A stretch of DNA of 64,000 nt from Octopus sinensis (GCF_006345805.1 NC_043006.1:33356001-33420000); one strand, 5' to 3'. Shown: positions 1 to 14,825, counted from the first letter of the stretch. Numbers and translations are program-made. Notes: generated by a model not told the origin, from the sequence alone.

Positions 1-444
1 CTATCAACTATGGATTAATTTTTATCACACATCTACAGACAATTATTATCGTGCTAATCACCTAATCATCTCACTAACATATTGATGTTATTTATACAAG
101 GAAACAAAAAAGTGCCTTTCTCATCACATTGACCAAGTGTCAAATTCAGACCAGTGACCAAATTTCAGAGACAGGTCAGATGTCTTATAATTTCTCAAGA
201 GGCCTTACAATAACACACCTCAAAAAGTGGTGGCTTTAAAAAATTAAGTCAAGGACTTAGGTAAATATTTGAAAAGGCACTTCCGCAGAAAAATAAGCAA
301 AACTAAACCTTAGCTAAAATCTAGGATTTGAAATGTGCTTTGTTGTGCCTGGGAACCCAACAACTTATATCACTGGACTACATCGACATCTTTGATACAA
401 TGTAAGAAAATCTTTGTTTTAATAACCTTAAAATTGCCACTCAC

Positions 445-513
445 TCTTCAACTTCTCTTTCCTGACCCTCTTTGTTTTCTCTCTACTCCTTTCTCTCTTC
501 TTTAGCTCTCTTT
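445..513 (-). CDS. Candidate 69-nt basic/charged exon (xRELKKRERSREKTKRVRKEKLK, phase 1-1); the gene probably continues beyond the window start
   Basis: cacctctttaaatacag|AAAGAG...TTGAAGA|gtgagt; the other two frames contain stops. Confidence 0.55.
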
Positions 514-1111
514 CTGTATTTAAAGAGGTGATAGTATTTTCAAACAAACTATCGTAGAAAAAAAACTTTTCAAGAGTTGATCCACAGAAACAATTAAGAA
601 GCAATACTTGAAGACAGAGCAGAATTATGGCAAAATTATTAAATATCAAATTATCCAAGAAATGCTATTAAATGGAGAAATAGTTTCAAATGTTTGAAGA
701 ATTGGATATTAGATGCATTAGAAAGAAACCTTTTTTTTTTTTTTTTTAATATTACATTAGAAACAGAAACGTCAGTTTTCAACTTTAATGCCTAGTGAAT
801 ATGTAAGAAGTATGCAAAGAATAAAGAATTTATAAAAATCTCGGAATTTATAGAAATATATATTTATAATACAAAGTGTTTATATATAAAAATGGTTTCA
901 ATTTGACCCAGACATTTAGCTGCAATCAACAGTGCAATTATTCATAACATGAAAACATTTTAAAATGTATTAGAAACATTTTTTTTTCCTAATCTTCCTT
1001 GGAATTTTCTCATTTTTATTTTCCTTTTACTATCATCAGTTGAATGGTTCAGCAAATTTTGACTATTGCAAGACTTATTGCAAAATTATTTGACTAACCA
1101 CTAACTCCTAC

Positions 1112-1141
1112 CTTGCAGCAGAGGTAAGAATTTCCTCTCGG
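1112..1141 (-). CDS. Candidate 30-nt cassette exon (xERKFLPLLQ, phase 1-1)
   Basis: ttcttgtgtttacctcattcag|CCGAGAG...CTGCAAG|gtagga; frame-preserving. Confidence 0.55.
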
Positions 1142-2164
1142 CTGAATGAGGTAAACACAAGAATAGGCTTTGTCAAGATTATAACAGATGACAAGAGCAG
1201 TGGTAGACTTTGGATATTGTAAACTAATCTCTTAGCCATTCAACTACTAGATAGTCAACGATACAAAATTTTGTAAAAGACCAAACAGCACTTGCATTCC
1301 ATTTCTGGCTGTTATGCTGGGAATGTAATTAAACTAGAAAGTGAGATGTGCTGTAAAGATTACACTGCTAAGGTGACATCTTAAGACAATCACGAAGAAA
1401 AACTACTTAAGGGATGTGGAAATGAGAATTTGTGAAAGACTTTTTGAAGCTGGGTCAAATCTGAACCATACTTTAAAAAACGGTTATGGTTATGGAATAA
1501 TCATGCAAACCCTTTATTAGACTAGGTTTAGCAAGTTTAGCAACACTTGCAACACGCATAAAAGCTATCAACAAATTGCAAAACAAACTTTTTTTTATTT
1601 TTTTTTCGAACGATGCACTGAGTGACAACAATCTATTGTTACGAAACAAAAAGCCAATCAAACATGGAGGGGGGGGGGGCAGGGCGGCTAAAATAATATC
1701 TAGGAAAAGAAATTCAAAGAAACAATGCCCAATAAAATAATTAGGAAAAAAAATGAAACAGATGTAGTAAGATGGACTACACGAGTAAAGAAATAATATA
1801 CGAGACATAGTTAACACAAACAGATGAAGAATAACGAAACACAGAACAGGATTACATTCAAGGAGTGGGGGGGGTCAATATTTGTTGTTTTTTTTTTAAT
1901 GTCAGTAATATTAGAAAGGCAGGGAAGACAAAAAAGGCAATAAATAAACCATGCTTTTAGCTGAGTTGCAACTACGTTGTGTTAAACATTGTGTTAAATA
2001 TGTTTGTACAGAAATATTTCCACAGACACACACACAAAGGGAAAATTCCCAAAATTTTCATTTAAATAGAAATCAGCACAGAAACTAATTGAAGAAAATG
2101 AAGATGATTCCTTTAAACAAAGTTTTAAACTTTAATCATTTTAATCAGTTACTGATAAATCTCT

Positions 2165-2480
2165 ACTTCTCAAAAGGCATAAAAAGCTAAAAAAAACTCA
2201 CCACACCCATGACTTTCAGAAACATGTATTCATGCTCAGAAGCATGGAATAAACTACCCACATCAATTGCCAGCTGCCAGGACACTACAGCCTTCAAAAC
2301 TTCCACACTACCTGAAATTTGCCAAAAGTACGCCTGGCGCCTCACCCCAACCTTTTTCAAAGACTTTCACTCTTTACTTTTTGTGCTTTATTCTATGTAC
2401 TTTTAGCTACTTTTTCTGACGAGTTGTTGTGTACCTGAGCACTGTACACACTAAGTTCATTGGTCTTATAACCATTATCA
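2165..2480 (+). mobile_element. 3' end of a CR1/L2-type LINE (decayed)
   Basis: Translates to ...DFRNM...EAWNKLPTSIASCQDTTAFK..., matching the CR1/L2 ORF2 C-terminal pattern (FF..RV...WN.LP..VV...F), followed by a short 3' UTR. Confidence 0.65.
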
Positions 2481-3354
2481 CTTACTAAATGGTTGTTTTA
2501 TATTGTCTAAAATAAGAAACCATTCACTATTAATCAAAGCAATTCAGTTATCAGTTGAACACTATTTGCTGAGACAAATATTATGGTGCTACAAATATTA
2601 ACATTGATCTCTGGTTCTCCAGTACCCTAGTCATTCACATTCATGCACTAAAAAGACCAACCCAGTTGTTGTAAAATATGTTCAACTAAAATACTGTAGT
2701 AAAGCCTTGTGCTATTTTCATTACAACTATTTACTGGGCCACTTGGTTAAATTTAAGTGTTATAATATCTCCCAAAATGCCAAATTATATAATTAATCCT
2801 CGATACCAACCCATCTGTGACCACCTCTTCTTCTGTTATAAAGCTGCTCATTTTAAAGTATTAATTTTTTTTTTAAAGTCACTTTTCTATTACAATTTTA
2901 TATAAAATCCTTTTGTTATGTTCCAAAAAGCAGTTTAATATGAAGAATTTAGTTATTTTTTAGATCCTTCCAAATGCTTGATTATTCAAAAATAAAATGA
3001 AACTGTATTTCAGTTGAAATAAGGTCACAAAAGGATTAACATTAGTGAGTGTATATTGTGGTTTTAATAATACCAGCAAAATAATTTACCTTTACATGAA
3101 TAAATTATTTTACAATAACCATAAACCTGACCGACACTCACTGAGTTAATGGAATTGGTCAGTCTAAATATACAACAGGTCTACAATGGACAGAGAGATG
3201 TTATGCAGACTTTAAAAGGTTGAATGGAAACAGTATAAAGAATCCAAAAGCAACCATTTCCACAGTAAGTCTTTCATTTAAAGTGGACAACAAGACTGGG
3301 GTTTCAATCCAGCATGCTTGCCTCCCAAATCTAAGAAATAATTCATTTTCACCA

Positions 3355-3552
3355 TGTTGGTGCCACATTAAAAGCACCCAGTACACTCCGTAAAGTGGTT
3401 GGTGTTAGGAAGGGCATCCAGCGATTAGAAACCAGGCCAGAACAGACAGCTGGAACCTGATGCAGCTCCCTGCTAGCCAGCTGCTGTCAAACCATCCGAC
3501 CCATGCCAGCATGGAAAACAGATGCTAAATGATATGATGATGATGATGATGA
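3355..3552 (+). mobile_element. Retroposon 3' fragment with a (TGA)n tail (RTE-like LINE end or partner SINE)
   Basis: ggtgccac..aaaagcaccc...ggaagggcatccag...cccatgccagcatggaaaa...aatgatgatgat. Plus copies at about 8905, 10430, 12560, 15361, 36320 and 57885; minus copies at about 48455 and 62141. The RTE label is inferred from the tail type. Confidence 0.6.
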
Positions 3553-6500
3553 CTGGGCTCCCTTTTCAATAAAGACTATCTAATGAAGCTGGATTTTTAT
3601 TAACAAACTCCATCTTACTGTGTAATGCCTAATTAAGGCTCTTGAAATATGAAATTTTAGGACATGTCAACCATAAAGATGAGACGGCCAAGTGCTTCAC
3701 TTAAACACTTGTCATGCCAGAATTAACTAAAATTGTCCAAAAACAAACATCAGTACAAAATTAAACTTAAGAGTTCATTAAAAAAAAAAATGAAATAAAA
3801 ATTGAAAAGTTTAGAATTATCAAATAAATTTCATTTGTTTTTGCAAAACTGGTTGAAAATCAACAGAGTTGTTTTTTTTTTTAAATGAATTTGTCCATAG
3901 TTTTGATGATGTGAATCTTAATGTGGGATAAACTACATTTACTGCTAGTTAAAACTGGAACTTTCTCCTACAATCTGATGTTAATATTTAGGTAAAAAGA
4001 CTCAAATCCTCAATTAGTAACAAGACTAATTTTAAATGAATGTAAAAATCAAATTTAGGGTTTTTGTTTCTTTGCTATTTTTTTCTTTTGGTTTTTTTTT
4101 CTTTTTGTCAACTTCAATGTCCACAAACTATCTAAAAAATAGTTAAGGATTGAAGTGTCTGTCCACACCGGTGGTTCTCAACCAGGGTCCACATCCACAT
4201 AAGATTTTGTTAAACCTTACAAGCATTAAGTTAGTTATACTTCTACAATGCACAAAACATTTTAACATTTTTCTAATACAATTCCTAATATTTAAGTTTA
4301 AAAAAATATAATAGGATTTTTTTAAAACAAAAAATGGTTGAGAATCTCTAATTTCCATGTTATCTGCATAAATTTCTCTTTAGAATCACATGCTATCAGT
4401 ATGAAGAACACTAATTACCCAAAATTAGTAAGCTTTTAAAAAAACCAACCCAACAACAGTCACCTACACCAAAGAGTCAAGATATACTCAACAGATTATT
4501 TCTATATTTTCTTGAAATATTTAATTAAGATCAACGTTTTAACTTAGCAACAATCAAAACAGCAGTAAGTTCCTAGAAACAGTGACCTGGTTTAGTTCTT
4601 AGTTTTGAGTCTCTCACTCAATGTCACTAATATTTTGGGGAAAGGTATAAATGTCACCACATCAATTGTACTTCCTTTTTAATTTCAAGGCTTCATAGAC
4701 AAAAAGGAAAGCATACTTTATTGGATCTTATAAAAAGTCTTTTGACAAGTTCCAATTTTGAGAGAGATGAAGCTATTTTCTGAGTTATGGTCACAATGCC
4801 TCAACAAAATGTGTTTAAAGAACATAACACAAATTCTCAAATAACCCCCAGTTATTCCCCCTTACACTACAGCTTTCAATTTGAAATAATATTAAGTTTT
4901 TAACACGCAGGAAAAAACCCTCTGCATCCTCTAGTAGTTGAGCTACATTAATGAAAACCAAAACAAAATGAACAGAATGTACCTATATGCCTAGAATCGT
5001 GAATAAGCAAATCCAAAGATAACAAAATCTACTCCAAAAAAATATACATGAAATGTATCTCATTCAGATGACCTTTACTGAATTTATATCATTACTAAGT
5101 TTTATTCTAATAAAAATATTCTCAGTAGTTTCCCATTTTCTATTCAATATTAAACCTAAATGTTTATGTGATCTAAAGGCTGTTGATATAATTAACCTCA
5201 TTTAGCAACCCAAGGCAGTAGAAAAGGAATTTTTGTTATTCAACACCAGACATTGTCAAGAAGATGATTAAAATTGGGACAGTGACATAACAGCAGGTAG
5301 AAAAGGAGATGAAAGGACTAATAGGATGAGCTATTGTGCTCCTAGTTACAAATGGCCTGCATGTGTTTCACTGTGTCTTTGGCTGACTTTGAGAGGTTCC
5401 TTATTCCTCAGGTTTTGTTTTATTCAGCTGTCAACTGCAAATAAGACAACTAGGAACTATTTGCAATAAATATGGGGATTCGAAAGACAGCAAGATCACC
5501 ACTACAGAATCTACAATTTTGAACCAGTCTCTTATGAGACCTGAGAATTCTAATACTAGAAGGACTCGTTTCCATAGCAGAATGCCATTTCAGCCACTTT
5601 CTACTCAATCACAAAATAAGAGTGGAGCATGTAGTTAGCAAGGCATACTGAAGCTAAGTTATGTGACTTGTCTCTACGAATATTAATGGTTTTCAATTTG
5701 CCAGATCGGACGGGGGGGGGGGTACACTATTAGTTTCGCAATATTTCCCTAATTTGCAATAGCCAAGATCCTCAGTCACTTGTACGTGGAGCAAGCTGAC
5801 AATAATGTTCTAATATGCCACCACCATTATCTAGGTACTTAGGTATTTCACTAAAGATAACAAACTACACGAAAAGTTATTCACCAACTTTGAAATGCCT
5901 TTCAAAACGGCAAGTAAAAGGGAGCAGATTGTTGGATTTGCTCAGGAGTAACACATACTTCATTGCAAAGTGAGGTAAGCAGTAACGCATACTTTATTAC
6001 AGTGTGAGAGATTGATGTATCAAGTCTAATTTGGAACACTGGTACTAATATCAGATACCCTGTTAAGAAATATATAGCAATGTCCCTGAGATGGGACATT
6101 TCAAAGTAAGACATGTCAAACTTCAGACAGAGAAACACAAATACACACGCAGCATCGTCTATATTCTTAAACCCAACTAAGAACTAAACTGCTTATCTGA
6201 TGAACACCAACAATTCAACAAGTAACAACTGTAGCAGCTGTTTTATTCGGAAGTAGAAAATTTTTATAACACTGATCTAACTTCAAAGCCCTGTACTGAA
6301 CAATTTTGCAGCATAAAGAAATAGGCACAACGAAAAACAACTGAACAAACATGAAGCACTGACACATCATGGTAATAATTATGATGGGGTTCTTAGAATA
6401 TTCCAGAAGTAATGAATATACAAATGAAAGCAATTAACAGTCAAAGATATATATATATTGAGTCAATCCTTTGCCAAAGACCCTGAGCACCCACAGGCAA

Positions 6501-6776
6501 AACTCAGAAGTAATAGATTGATTCGACCAAAATAAATTATTAATCTCTACCATGCTATCATGGTATCAAGGACTCCTTTTTTTTTTTTCCTGACAGTCAA
6601 CACAAAATGTATATTTATGTGTGAGTGTGTGTGTGTAAACATGCATATAGCAAACTGAATCATAGTAGACATAACCAAATGTCTTTGAGCAGATGAAAGA
6701 CTGTACAGTATGGTCCCAGATCAGAAGAAATAATGGTAGGGTGGGTACGATAAACAAACTGCTATGAACGTTTTGA

Positions 6777-6829
6777 TCAACCACCTCCATATCTCAGACT
6801 GACAAGAACTGCTGCAGTAAACCCCACTC
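6777..6829 (-). CDS. Weak candidate terminal exon (xVGFTAAVLVSLRYGGG*, phase 1)
   Basis: gtcgtgcag|GAGTGGGG in a GC-richer non-repeat block; pyrimidine tract is poor. Confidence 0.2.
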
Positions 6830-7181
6830 CTGCACGACATTCATTTGACAACACATATCACAAGTAGATAGTAAACAACAACAACAACACTGGTTGTCCA
6901 TTCTTTGCATACACCATCCAAACCTTATTCCTTATCTCACTATGGATTTAGTAGTTATATGTATTAAGTAAACAAGCAAAATAACTGCAGCAGGAACAAC
7001 AACAATATAAATAGTAATAACTATTCAAATACTGCTATCAACTACATCAACCAAACAATAGCAATACAATAAAATAGAAGCCAAATATAACTCAGCCAGC
7101 AAGACAAGAGACAAGAGCAGCAGTGGGAAAATAAAGAAGCCGTTTCAACCATCTGGTTTAACTGGTGAAGACAATACTTAC

Positions 7182-7214
7182 TTGAGGTTCCAGACTCTCG
7201 GGTCTTGCTATTGG
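7182..7214 (-). CDS. Candidate 33-nt cassette exon (xNSKTRESGTS, phase 1-1)
   Basis: ctgcccctttgtttgtag|CCAATAG...ACCTCAA|gtaagt; the phase-2 reading stops immediately. Confidence 0.6.
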
Positions 7215-8248
7215 CTACAAACAAAGGGGCAGTTTCATTAAGGTAAAAAAAAAAAAAAAAGAAAGAAAGAAAAAAGCGGCCATATACAACTTCATAAATG
7301 ATTATAGATGTGTATATATATATATATATATAGAAGTTATTATTTACATTATAATTATTTTCATAATATATATATCATAATACAGTGATGACACGATGGC
7401 CTGTTAGTATTAGCAAGAAAGATCTATTTTGTCATTCAGCTAATAATTCTCTTGTTCATAGGAGACAATGAAATCCAAGTCTTCAGTTTTTACCAACAAA
7501 TAAAACACATGAGCAAATGTTACACAAATAGAAATGGGAATTGAAAATCAGCAACAGTGTTTTTTTCACATCAATGTTTTCCATTTCCAACAAATAAAAA
7601 TCCCAAAATTTTTATAAGAAACCGTTTTCTTTTGTTTGTTTTTTTTTAAATAGTTATTATTGCCTTGCTTTGAATTAGTACACAAATACGACTGACAGAA
7701 AACTGCACAGGAAAAATAAAACAACAAAGTGCAGGTTATTTCTAGCAGATACAAAGAAACTGGAATCACCAAAGACATGCAGTAACAACCCCTTTCTGTT
7801 GTCACCCAAAAATCCTTCCCTTCAACTACAAAATCCATAGAACATGCCAAAGAGAAAAAAACAGAAATGTAAATATGAAAAAACTAAATATTCAAAAAGA
7901 TTTATTAGTAAAATAATTTATAATTCAAAGTCCAAGCAATATTTATATAAAAACTTTTCATCACATTGAACAAAATGAAGTTACCCAAAAGCAAAAAAAC
8001 AACCAATCTGCTGCTATATAACTGGACAACTGAAGCTGAAGACAAAACTTCATCAAACTAAAATATTACCTCAAACAACATTTAAATATATAAAGAAAAT
8101 GGATAAAAAATATACACCAAAACACACAGAAACATTTTAGGGTTTGGGTTATCATTTTTTAACGGAAGTTTTTAAGATATTTTAATGATTTCGATAAATT
8201 GTATAAACTAGTAGATTTTTTTTATTTAATAGAAATTAATGAAGAATG

Positions 8249-8288
<40 letters not shown>

Positions 8289-11200
8289 CATATACATATA
8301 TAATTTGGTCAGTCTGAAATCTTATCAATTTTGAAGATAAAAGAGTTTGCCTGAAATCCTCAAAACCAACAAAGAAAGTAGGTTTCCTGTGATAAGACAA
8401 CAGTATCTAAAATGACTATGAGAGTACATTGAAACTTTCAGAACACACACTCTAAACTTTTCAGTGATCGATATCAGGTTTATGTAATAATTTTTCAATC
8501 AAACTTTTAGTCAACTGGTTTTGCCTAATTCAATCAAATACATGGGGGAGGGGGATAAAAACCATAACTTCATCCAATAAAAATGCAAATAGCTACTATA
8601 TCAGAGAATATTACTACAAGTTGAACGAAGAACAATGGGAGCCAACAGAAAAAAAGCAAAGTAGAACCTGCCAGGAAAAGATTGATGCCAAAGTCTCATG
8701 CACTTGAAGAAAACTTTTTTTTGTTGTTTTTTTTTAAATTTCATTCCTACCAGCTAATATTGGAAATTGTAAAAGACTCAAAGACCATCTTCAGAATGAG
8801 TTTCTCTGAAACAGTACAACTAAATATTTCAAGGAATATAAAAAAGGTTAAATAAATCAGAACGAACATGAAAAGAGAATGTTAGTTGCAAGTGGTATCA
8901 ACATACTGGTGCCACATAAAATGCACCCAGCACATTCTGTAAAGTGACTGTTGCCGACTTGCAAGCTCCTGTCACTCTATCCAGCCCATGCCAGTATGGA
9001 AAGCAGATATTATGATGATGCCAATGCCTCTTCAGGCAGAAACTAACAGTTGCAACAGATCATGTCCACGAAATACCAACCACCAGCTAAATGGTTGATG
9101 GTTGAAATCTCTTCATTATATTGTCATTTAGAAAGAGACACAATTCTCACTGGCCCAGTCTATGTAGCTGTTAATAAGTCCTACAAAGTTGTATAGTTTA
9201 CAGTTCCAACCAGTGGCAATGGCACTGTAATGATTTGCTACTCGTTACATTGTAGTGCTGGACTGAAATCCTTTGGCAATTAACGGAAGGACTATTTCAT
9301 TACAGCAACTCTTACTTTGTGACAGGCTCAAATCGGTATTCTTTCGATATGACTACACAAAATTAGAACACTTCAATTCGGCTGTTTCCGTGAAAGCACG
9401 TGTCTGTGTCCTATCAACTGTCAGTTGACGAAATCGGAGAAGGAGGAGAAGAAAGCTAATGGGTTGTACATGTGTGTGTGCTGCTTGTTCTTGTCTGTGT
9501 CAGTGTGTATATGTGCTTGTTCTTGTCTATGTGTGTGCCTGTTCTGTGAAAGAATACCCTCAAGTCTTCAGTTAAGGCCTCAATAACATAAATGGATACT
9601 GGACAGGGAGAACCCTCAATAAATAACCTAAAGAGTGAAAATACAAGAATAAATTATTATTTTACTGATATGCAAATAAAAATTCCAATCTGATTAACAT
9701 TATTATAATCATCTCTATTACAAGCTTCAGTCTAAAGTAACAGCATGTGAATATATTTCAGAATGTCATAGAAATATATGGCAGATGAAAGTCTAAACTG
9801 AACAACCAACCAACAAGAGGCTAAAACTAATCTAATACCTGATAACATACATATAATCTAAATACATTTTTTTTTTGACACTGTAATCCTTAAACTCAGA
9901 TCCTTTTAGAAATCCTTATCATTTCAGATAAATGCCACTAGAAGAGTCATGAGGATTAAACAAGATTATAAAACAGCAGTACTTCTATCATTAGATATTT
10001 TAAATTACAGATTTTAATCACAATTACAACTTTTCAGTATCGTCTTAACAATAATATATATGTGTTTATATTTTATATATGTGATTTTGTGTGTGTGTGC
10101 ATATACATATATATATGTGTGTTTTATTATTATATTACAATGTATATCATATATATACATATTATACACATGTATATAGATATATTCACACAAATATACT
10201 GCATAAATATTATATATACACTTGGGCAAGCATCTTCTACTAAAGCCTAAGGCCAACCAAAAGCTTGAATGGATTTCATAGACACTAGACAAAGCTCATT
10301 GTGTGTACGTGTGTGTACATACATATATACACACGTGTGTGTGTGTAATCTCATGGTGACACCATGTGATAGTCTCAAACATCATCATCATACAAGTGAG
10401 ACTGTTTGTTTCCAATCTTCGACGAAAAACACGTCTGGCCATGTGGAACCATTGCCTTACCTGGAAACAGGTGAGGATTGGTAACAGGAAAGGCATCCTA
10501 TCATAGACAATCTACCTCAACAAAATTCCATCTGACGCATGCAAGCATGGAAAAGCGGACGTTAAACGATGATGACGATGGTGATGTGTGAGGGAGAGTC
10601 AGTGTTTGTATGTGTGTGAATATTACTGTATTTATTGCATATTTCTTATATGTATACAAACACACATTCATTTATATATGTATACACACATCAAAGAGTA
10701 TTTGAAAGTTCTTGCCAAAGAATTAGAGTTTGTGACTCATGACCCAGTTTCAAATCTTAACTGGAACAATTAAGCTTCACTTACTCTAAAAACTCAAGGA
10801 ATCTGACCATTTTCCAAAAAAGGGAGAGTGACACAGGCTAAATGAAATTTACCATCTCATTTTCCCTGGCAGACTACAGGATAAAAATTATTACAGAAGT
10901 TCCAAAAAACTGAGAGTCAGAGGGCTTTAGTTTTTTTTTTTTTTTTCAAACACAAATAAAAGGCACAGACGGATACAAGATGGAAAAAGAACCACAAAAG
11001 ATCACAAAAACAATGCCAAAGAAGGTCCAGACAACATCACAACATTCTACTATTTTATGGTTTATTTTAAACCTACAAGTATTTTTTTATTAGTTCACTC
11101 GACCGAGTGAATTTAATTTTAAATTTTATGTTATTTCATTTTAGTAAAATCTTAAGACAGCAGTTATCAAAAACATCCCAGCCACAGTGACAAAGGACAA

Positions 11201-11369
11201 AAGTGTAAACAAAATAAAAACAAAATAGAAACACCATATACAAGTGTGTGTGTGTGTGTGTTTGTTTACATACATACATATATATGTATATATATATTTA
11301 TATATGTATGTATAGGAAACCAATGCAGCACATGAAAGCAAGCATAACAGAAGAGGAAAGACAACTTAC

Positions 11370-11447
11370 TTGAAGTCTTGTGAGATGTAGAAGAGGAGGA
11401 AGAAGAGGAAGAAGAGGAGGAGGAAGAGGAGCAAGTACTACTAGAGG
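11370..11447 (-). CDS. Candidate 78-nt poly-serine cassette exon (ASSSTCSSSSSSSSSSSSSSTSHKTS, phase 1-1)
   Basis: Long CT tract ending cttctcttag|CCTCTAG...ACTTCAA|gtaagt; frame-preserving. Confidence 0.5.
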
Positions 11448-11874
11448 CTAAGAGAAGAGGGGGAGAAGAGACGAAGAGAGAATGGTCAAGAGGTGTGGGA
11501 AGGAAAAAGAGATGTAGAGAGAGAGAGCAAGAGAGAGAAAAGAGAGAGAGAATAAAGAGAAGGGAACGTAGAAAAAGAGAAAAATAGGTATGTTAAAGTA
11601 AATAAATCACAATTTGTATGTTAGATACGATACTGGCATATTACAGTATAGTGCTTAGCAGTTATAGTGAGTAGTAGTAGGAGTAGTAGTAGCAGTTATA
11701 GTAGTAGTAGTAGTTAGTAGGTGTGGCAGTTTAAAGTTCAGGCAGGTGTCTCCATGTGACCTAAAGAAAATTAATTTCTCCACTGATTTTGTTTCATTTC
11801 TTTTAACTAAGCACAACACAAGTTTACATTCTCAGGTAAACTGGTCCAGAGTTGATCCAATCAACTCTGGCCCC

Positions 11875-12109
11875 TTAACCCTTTAGCATTTAAACCGGCC
11901 ATATCCAGACCAGATATTCTACTTGTTTTATGTTTAAACCGGCCAGATCCGGCATCTCACACCTAGCCTGCAATATCATTCTAAGAGTAAAGAACTGCAG
12001 CATCAAAATCTCAAAGCTATGAGATGATGCACGATTAATTCAAAACAATGTGAATAAATAAGCATTGTATTAGACAGAATAATAATAATCTGAATGCTAA
12101 AGGGTTTAA
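11875..12109. mobile_element. piggyBac-like MITE, family 1
   Basis: TTAA-CCCTTTAGCATT...AATGCTAAAGGG termini; related copies at about 22660-22890, 26340-26500, 31543-31987 (two) and 62733-62950. Confidence 0.7.
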
Positions 12110-12794
12110 TAATTACTGGCTCTGTGACCCCAACCAGAAGAAAGAATGACAAAATCAACCCTCAACAACAAGATTTGAACTCAGAACCTTAGAAATCAAT
12201 CCCCCTTCATTGCTCTGATAATTTTCCAGTGATGAAATTTTAAACCAACAAAATTCTTGTTCTTACTTCAAACAATGCTTGAAGAAATTGTGGCAATAAT
12301 ATTGACTACCTTGAAGGTTTTAAGAAGAGGAATAAAGATGATATATTTATTTATAAAATAGCAGAATGAGATTGGGTTCCATTCGTGCCTTTCCTCTGAA
12401 AACACTAGGTGTATTTGAACTGGCATTAGCTGGATTTAGTTGGTTGAAATGATCTTCATGCATACCTGGTATTTATTTGTATTGACTCTGAAGGGATCCA
12501 AATTTAGACAATAGAGCAAGGAGACTCACAGGTTTAACATCTCCCCACATAGTGCATGGAGAACAGTCACAGTGATGCAATATCTGACCCATTCAAACAT
12601 GGAAAAGTGGGTGTTAAAATGATGGTCATGAATACAGTGTAGCACTGGCACGAATCTATTGTTCTCTAAAACAATTGAACTGAATTATCCAGAGAGGATG
12701 GGCACAACTAGAGTGCCTAACTTATCTCTGATAACCTCAATTTGCACAAAACATTCTAATATAGACACACTACAAGCTGTGTCCAGAACATTCG

Positions 12795-13125
12795 CCATAA
12801 ACATTTTTGCCAAAGAAAAATTTGCTCTATGAAAATTTTGGTGTCAGAAATTTCACTAGATAGGAAAATTTGCTGTAAGACAAATTCAGCAAATGGACAA
12901 TAATGAGGTGTATTATACTGAGTATTTTTTTAAATAAAAAGAATGATAAAAACTCCAATGAAAGTCTTTATTCAATGTCAACCATTAAAATTGTGCTGAG
13001 ATTATTTAAAACATAAAAATTCCAACCAATGCAGTGCAAATAGTGTACTTTTAGCTACAACTTATTTCTTTTTACAGCAGATTTTCTGAGAGTGAAATTT
13101 CTTACAGCAAAATTTCCTGTAATCA
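12795..13125. mobile_element. MITE with AAAATTTGCT subterminal repeats; second copy at about 32325-32690
   Basis: gaaaatttgctgtaaga / tcttacagcaaaatttc inverted motifs and a shared internal sequence in both copies. Confidence 0.55.
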
Positions 13126-13773
13126 CTACAAGCATGTAACTGAGAGGATAAGGTGTTGTATTTCACTAAGTTTTGCTATATACAACAACTATGTAGAGTG
13201 AGCCAACAAGAGTTGTCTTGAGCAGATTTAGAGCCTCGTCACAAGCTGCAAAATTCAATCTCCCAGCCAGTGTGTGCCAACACCCTAATAATTCAATCAC
13301 TTGGAAAGGACATCTAACATAGGTACCAGGCCAGAAATTATAGGGAAAGAATTTAGTTGATTATATTCAACACCAGTTCTTGACTGGCACATATTTTTTT
13401 CATATATCTCAGAAGTTTGATCTCTATGAGATCTGAATCCAAAATACATTGTATTCAGTACTGTTGATTCTGCCATTCGTCTTTCACTTTAACAATAATA
13501 ATAATTTAGGAAGATTGATGTAATTCTTCACAAAGGTAAATAAGCAATTGCTATCAATAATATATAAAACTTCTACAAAACCTTGTGCCTAGTTAAAAAA
13601 AAGTTCTAATACTCTCTCATTTCAGAACACAGAAAAATAGTTTGTCTTAGCTTTGTCTTATCATAAATTTTCATTATTTACATTATTTTAACAAAACAGA
13701 CAGTGTTATATATTGATGGATATTGATAACTATAAAGTCATCGCCAACAATCTGGAGAGCACACAGGCACATG

Positions 13774-13813
<40 letters not shown>

Positions 13814-14767
13814 AACAGCACAACCACTACTAAGGAAAGAAAAACATTTCTCTAAAAAGTATTTTTAAATGATTTGAACTTTAAACCTTACAAACCGATT
13901 CTTAAAACCAATAAAATCACCTAAAGAAGCAAAAATTTAAAAATTGCCTATTTTTAAGAGAGAATAATGCTTATTAGCTTGTGTATAATAATATCCAAGC
14001 ATGACAGCTATCTTTTAAACAAACTAAATTCTTTCTACTGCATTTTATTCGTCTTAGAGATTATCAATGATTCCTCACTGACCATTGTAGATTAATGCTA
14101 TCGTGCCCAGGCAACACACAAGTAGATATCTTAAAATTGGTTTCATCTAATATTTTATATATTTTATGTAAAACACTGCAAAAACCCTAGCAAACACTTG
14201 CTTTGCTAGACAAGCTATGCCTTATATTGCATGACAATGCATTATCATATATCCATGTCATGCCATGGCCTGATGAAATGGTGTGGCTACATAATAAAGT
14301 AATGTTATGTAATAGTGTGCATCATTGAATAAATGGCCACACTGTGGAAACATATGTAGCATAAATTGAGCTGTTTGTTCATGTTCCTTGATTATATTGT
14401 ACACTGCATAGTATGTGCTGATTTGTGTTTTTACATAATGTATTTACAGGATGCTTAATATCATTATGCAACAATTAATACAGCACTGCTTGCTATATTG
14501 ACCAATTGCTCATTAGTGAGTAGTAATGCATTCCTCTTGAGTAGACCGTTAGTCAATTGCCACTACACAATATATATGTGAGTGTGTGTGTGTGTATTAC
14601 ATACACTAGCATTGCATAATGAATGTCAACTAGCAATTAATATCAATAATTAATTAGGACTTCAATAATGCTAGTTGTATTTATTGAGTGTTAAATGATC
14701 TTTTAACCCTTTTACTCCTAGCTGCCTGAGGCCATCTCTGGTTCTACAATACAAACATCCTGTTTTA

Positions 14768-14825
14768 ATGTGCTCTAAATTAAAACTTTAAAAAAAATGT
14801 GCTCTAAATTAAAACTTTAAAAAAT
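14768..14825. repeat. 29-bp tandem duplication
   Basis: atgtgctctaaattaaaactttaaaaaa twice. Confidence 0.9.

Noticed and set aside
7566-7850. 94-aa minus-strand ORF behind a plausible acceptor near 7830
   Set aside because: Composition is intron-like (T runs, A runs) and there is no frame-preserving donor.
9405-9440. TCAAC/GTTGAC-GAAA stem resembling hammerhead stem II
   Set aside because: The CUGANGA box is missing; at best a dead remnant.
10780-10810. Consensus-like gtaagt donors near 10783 and 32980
   Set aside because: The implied exons have weak acceptors and in-frame stops in the required phase.
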